Shown here: positions 22,120 to 24,000 of the stretch, one piece after another
Numbering within the stretch: position 1 is the stretch's first letter
How the letters are laid out: the number at the start of each line of letters is the position of its first letter
Origin: Solirubrobacterales bacterium
GTDB taxonomy: Bacteria; Actinomycetota; Thermoleophilia; Solirubrobacterales; Solirubrobacteraceae
Reading direction: 5' to 3'
Length of the DNA stretch: 24,000 nt
Assembly: GCA_041393435.1 (NCBI GenBank)
Contig: JAWKKD010000001.1
Location: forward strand, 274,942-298,941
Translations under genes and position numbers: made by a program
The notes under the pieces: generated by a model
Databases searched by the model: none
What the model was told of the DNA's origin: nothing
Seen by the model: the letters and a program-made list of their open reading frames with translations, nothing else

Positions 22120-23196
22120 CTAGAGGATCCCGATCTCGGAGTTGTCGCCCACCATGAAGCGGTAGGCGCGCGGCTGGCGGCCCTCGTCGCGGCTGATCGT
22201 CACGTTGCGCCCCAGCAGCGACGATTCCATCCGCCCCTCGAGGTGGCGCACCTTCGCGCCGGCCAGCAGGATCGAGTGCTCGATCTCGGCCGCCTCCACG
22301 ACGCAGTCCTCCGCGATCGCCGAGTAGGGCCCGACGTAGCAGTCGATCAGCCGCGCGCCGGCCCCGATGATCGCCGGCCCGCGCACCGCCGAGCGCTCGA
22401 GCACCGCGCCCTGCTCGATCACCACCCGGCCCTCGACGGTCGACTCGATCAGCTCGCCCTCGACCCGGGTCTGCAGGTTGTCGAGGATCAGCCGGTTGGC
22501 CTCGAGCATGTCGTCCAGGCGGCCGGTGTCCTTCCACCAGCCCTGCACGACGTGCGGCTCGACGCGCGCGCCCTCGTCGACGAGATGCTGGATGGCGTCG
22601 GTGATCTCCAGCTCGCCGCGGGCCGAGGGCTCGATCGCCCGCGCCGCGTCGTGGATCACCGGCGAGAACAGGTAGACGCCGACGAGCGCGAGGTTGGTCT
22701 TCGGCTCCGGCGGCTTCTCGGCCAGCGCGACGACCCGGTCGCCCTCCAGCTCGGCGACGCCGTAGTGCTGGGGGTCGGGCACCGGGGTCAGCAGGATCAG
22801 CGCCTCGGGGCGGCTGGACTCGAACTGGGCGACGAGCTCGGTGATGCCGCCCTGCAGGAGGTTGTCGCCGAGGTACATCACGAACGGGTCGGCGCTCAGG
22901 AACGGCTCGGCGGTGAGCACCGCGTGGGCCAGCCCGGCCGGCTCGTCCTGGACGATGTAGGTGATCCGCACGCCGAACTGCGCGCCGTCGCCGGCGGCCG
23001 CGCGGATCTCGTCGCCGGTCTCCGGGGCGATGATGATGCCGATCTCCTCGATCCCGGCGGCGGCCATCGCCTCGATGCCGTAGAACAGCACGGGCTTGTT
23101 GGCCACCGGCACGAGCTGCTTGGCGCTCGTGTGGGTGATCGGGCGCAGGCGGGTGCCCTTGCCGCCCGAGAGGATCAGGCCCTTCAACGCGGTCAT
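22120..23196 (-). CDS. rfbA: Glucose-1-phosphate thymidylyltransferase, long form (RmlA with C-terminal left-handed beta-helix), 358 aa
   Basis: MTALKGLILSGGKGTRLRPITHTSAKQLVPVANKP (G-x-G-T-R-L nucleotidyl-transferase signature), ...GDNLL..., ...EKP..., followed by hexapeptide-repeat-like C-terminal sequence. Confidence 0.93.
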   Translation of the reverse strand: MTALKGLILSGGKGTRLRPITHTSAKQLVPVANKPVLFYGIEAMAAAGIEEIGIIIAPETGDEIRAAAGDGAQFGVRITYIVQDEPAGLAHAVLTAEPFLSADPFVMYLGDNLLQGGITELVAQFESSRPEALILLTPVPDPQHYGVAELEGDRVVALAEKPPEPKTNLALVGVYLFSPVIHDAARAIEPSARGELEITDAIQHLVDEGARVEPHVVQGWWKDTGRLDDMLEANRLILDNLQTRVEGELIESTVEGRVVIEQGAVLERSAVRGPAIIGAGARLIDCYVGPYSAIAEDCVVEAAEIEHSILLAGAKVRHLEGRMESSLLGRNVTISRDEGRQPRAYRFMVGDNSEIGIL

Positions 23197-23342
23197 GAGC
23201 AGCGGTCCGTTCCTTTCGGATCCATGCCGAGCGCGGTCACCGTATCGAGATCGCCGGCGAGGACGTCGGGCCGCTCGGCGGCGGGCATGCGGGTCTCGTC
23301 ACGGCGGCGCATGGCAACGCGGGGAGGCTAGCGGCGTGGGCG

Positions 23343-24000
23343 TCAGCGCACGGGCGCGAGCCGCTCCGCCGCCTCGCGGACGGCGTCGCGGGCGTCGGCC
23401 GGCTCGAGCACGACCGCGTCGCCGCCCTCCTTGAGCACCTCGCGCACGAGGTAGTCGATGCCCTTGAACGGCAGCTCGACGACGATCGCGCCGTCGGCCA
23501 GCTCCTCGGTCACCCGCCGCTGCTCACGCTCCCAGCGGGCGCGCTCGGGGGCGATCCACAGGCGCGCGGTGCGCGACTCCTCGACCTCGCCAGTGCGCAG
23601 CCAGCCCTCGACCGCGGCGGCCGGGTCGACCTCGGGCCGCGGCGTGTAGCGCTCCTCGAGCACCGTCACGTGCTTGATGCGGTCCAGGCGGAAGTGGCGC
23701 AGCCCGCTGTTGGGGTCGAACGAGGCGACGTACCAGCCCTCGCGGCCGTTGGTCAGCGCGTACGGCTCGACGGTGCGGATGGAGAACTCGTCCTCGTTGG
23801 CCTTGTAGTACTCGATCTCGATCATCCGCCGCTGCGCGATCGCTCCGGAGACGACCCGGGCGATGTCGGAGTCGTCGCCGTCGGCCGACGCGATGGCGAG
23901 GCCCCCTTCGGTCGGGTCCTCGCCCAGCGCGGCGACGATCTTCTCGCGCGCCGTGGCCAGCGAGCCCTCGGGGATGTGCTCGCCGATCAGGTCGATCGCG
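23343..24000 (-). CDS. WYL-domain transcriptional regulator (PafB/PafC-like). The 5' end lies outside the window.
   Basis: The frame is open to the window edge (...AIDLIGEHIPEGSLATAREKIVAALGEDP...VVSGAIAQRRMIEIEYYKANEDEFSIRTVEPYALTNGREGWYVASFDPNSGLRHFRLDRIKHVTVLEERY...). This is the classic WYL core (x-I-x-Y...R-x-V-x-P...WY[VL]...R-x-FRLDRI) followed by a WCX-type C-terminal domain. Confidence 0.85.
   Translation of the reverse strand, partial: AIDLIGEHIPEGSLATAREKIVAALGEDPTEGGLAIASADGDDSDIARVVSGAIAQRRMIEIEYYKANEDEFSIRTVEPYALTNGREGWYVASFDPNSGLRHFRLDRIKHVTVLEERYTPRPEVDPAAAVEGWLRTGEVEESRTARLWIAPERARWEREQRRVTEELADGAIVVELPFKGIDYLVREVLKEGGDAVVLEPADARDAVREAAERLAPVR

Noticed and set aside
1-24000. 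Search for CRISPR arrays, long tandem or interspersed repeats, IS elements, toxin-antitoxin pairs, or defence or biosynthetic gene clusters
   Set aside because: I could see no regularly spaced repeats, no transposase, integrase or recombinase-like ORFs, and no characteristic defence or secondary-metabolite enzymes. The only repeated elements are the two CIRCE operators. A computational repeat search would be needed to exclude short dispersed repeats.

Overview
This is a very GC-rich (by eye above 70% G+C) bacterial chromosomal segment with Actinomycetota hallmarks: many GTG or apparently leaderless starts, CIRCE-controlled groES-groEL, an Lhr helicase, a family-5 uracil-DNA glycosylase, a BsaP-like peptide and a PafBC-like WYL regulator. 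I call about 24 tightly packed protein genes, mostly on the minus strand. In window order they are: a 5'-truncated M20 amidohydrolase; a divergent MerR-type HTH / ArsC-Spx-family pair; groEL-groES with two CIRCE operators; an integral membrane protein; a crp-nudix-ASCH operon; an orphan secreted protein; a long minus-strand string bioA-bioD-bioB-bsaP-bioF-nei-GDPD; a 537-nt unassigned gap; lhr (about 1468 codons, frame-disrupted as sequenced); udgB (frame-disrupted near its 3' end); a TetR regulator; a divergent lipoprotein; rmlB-rmlD-rmlA; and a 5'-truncated WYL regulator. I found no rRNA, tRNA, CRISPR array, transposase, integrase or recognisable defence or biosynthetic island, and I see no convincing novel multi-gene system, so the region reads as core housekeeping. 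The items most worth a second look are: (1) a small Cys-rich ORF between bioB and bioF that looks like the biotin-synthase auxiliary protein BsaP; (2) a pair of compensating frameshifts in the lhr C-terminal domain, a 1-nt frameshift in udgB, and a suspicious tail on the M20 gene, which indicate either assembly indels or decay of DNA-repair genes; (3) a LexA-type GAAC-N4-GTTC box over an apparently leaderless lhr promoter; (4) the 537-nt GC-rich gap between lhr and bioA, which has an AT-richer repeat island and a block of codon-like periodicity but no credible ORF; and (5) the biotin operon lying between lhr and nei, which are adjacent in mycobacteria. All functional calls rest on my reading of the translations. 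No database search was run.
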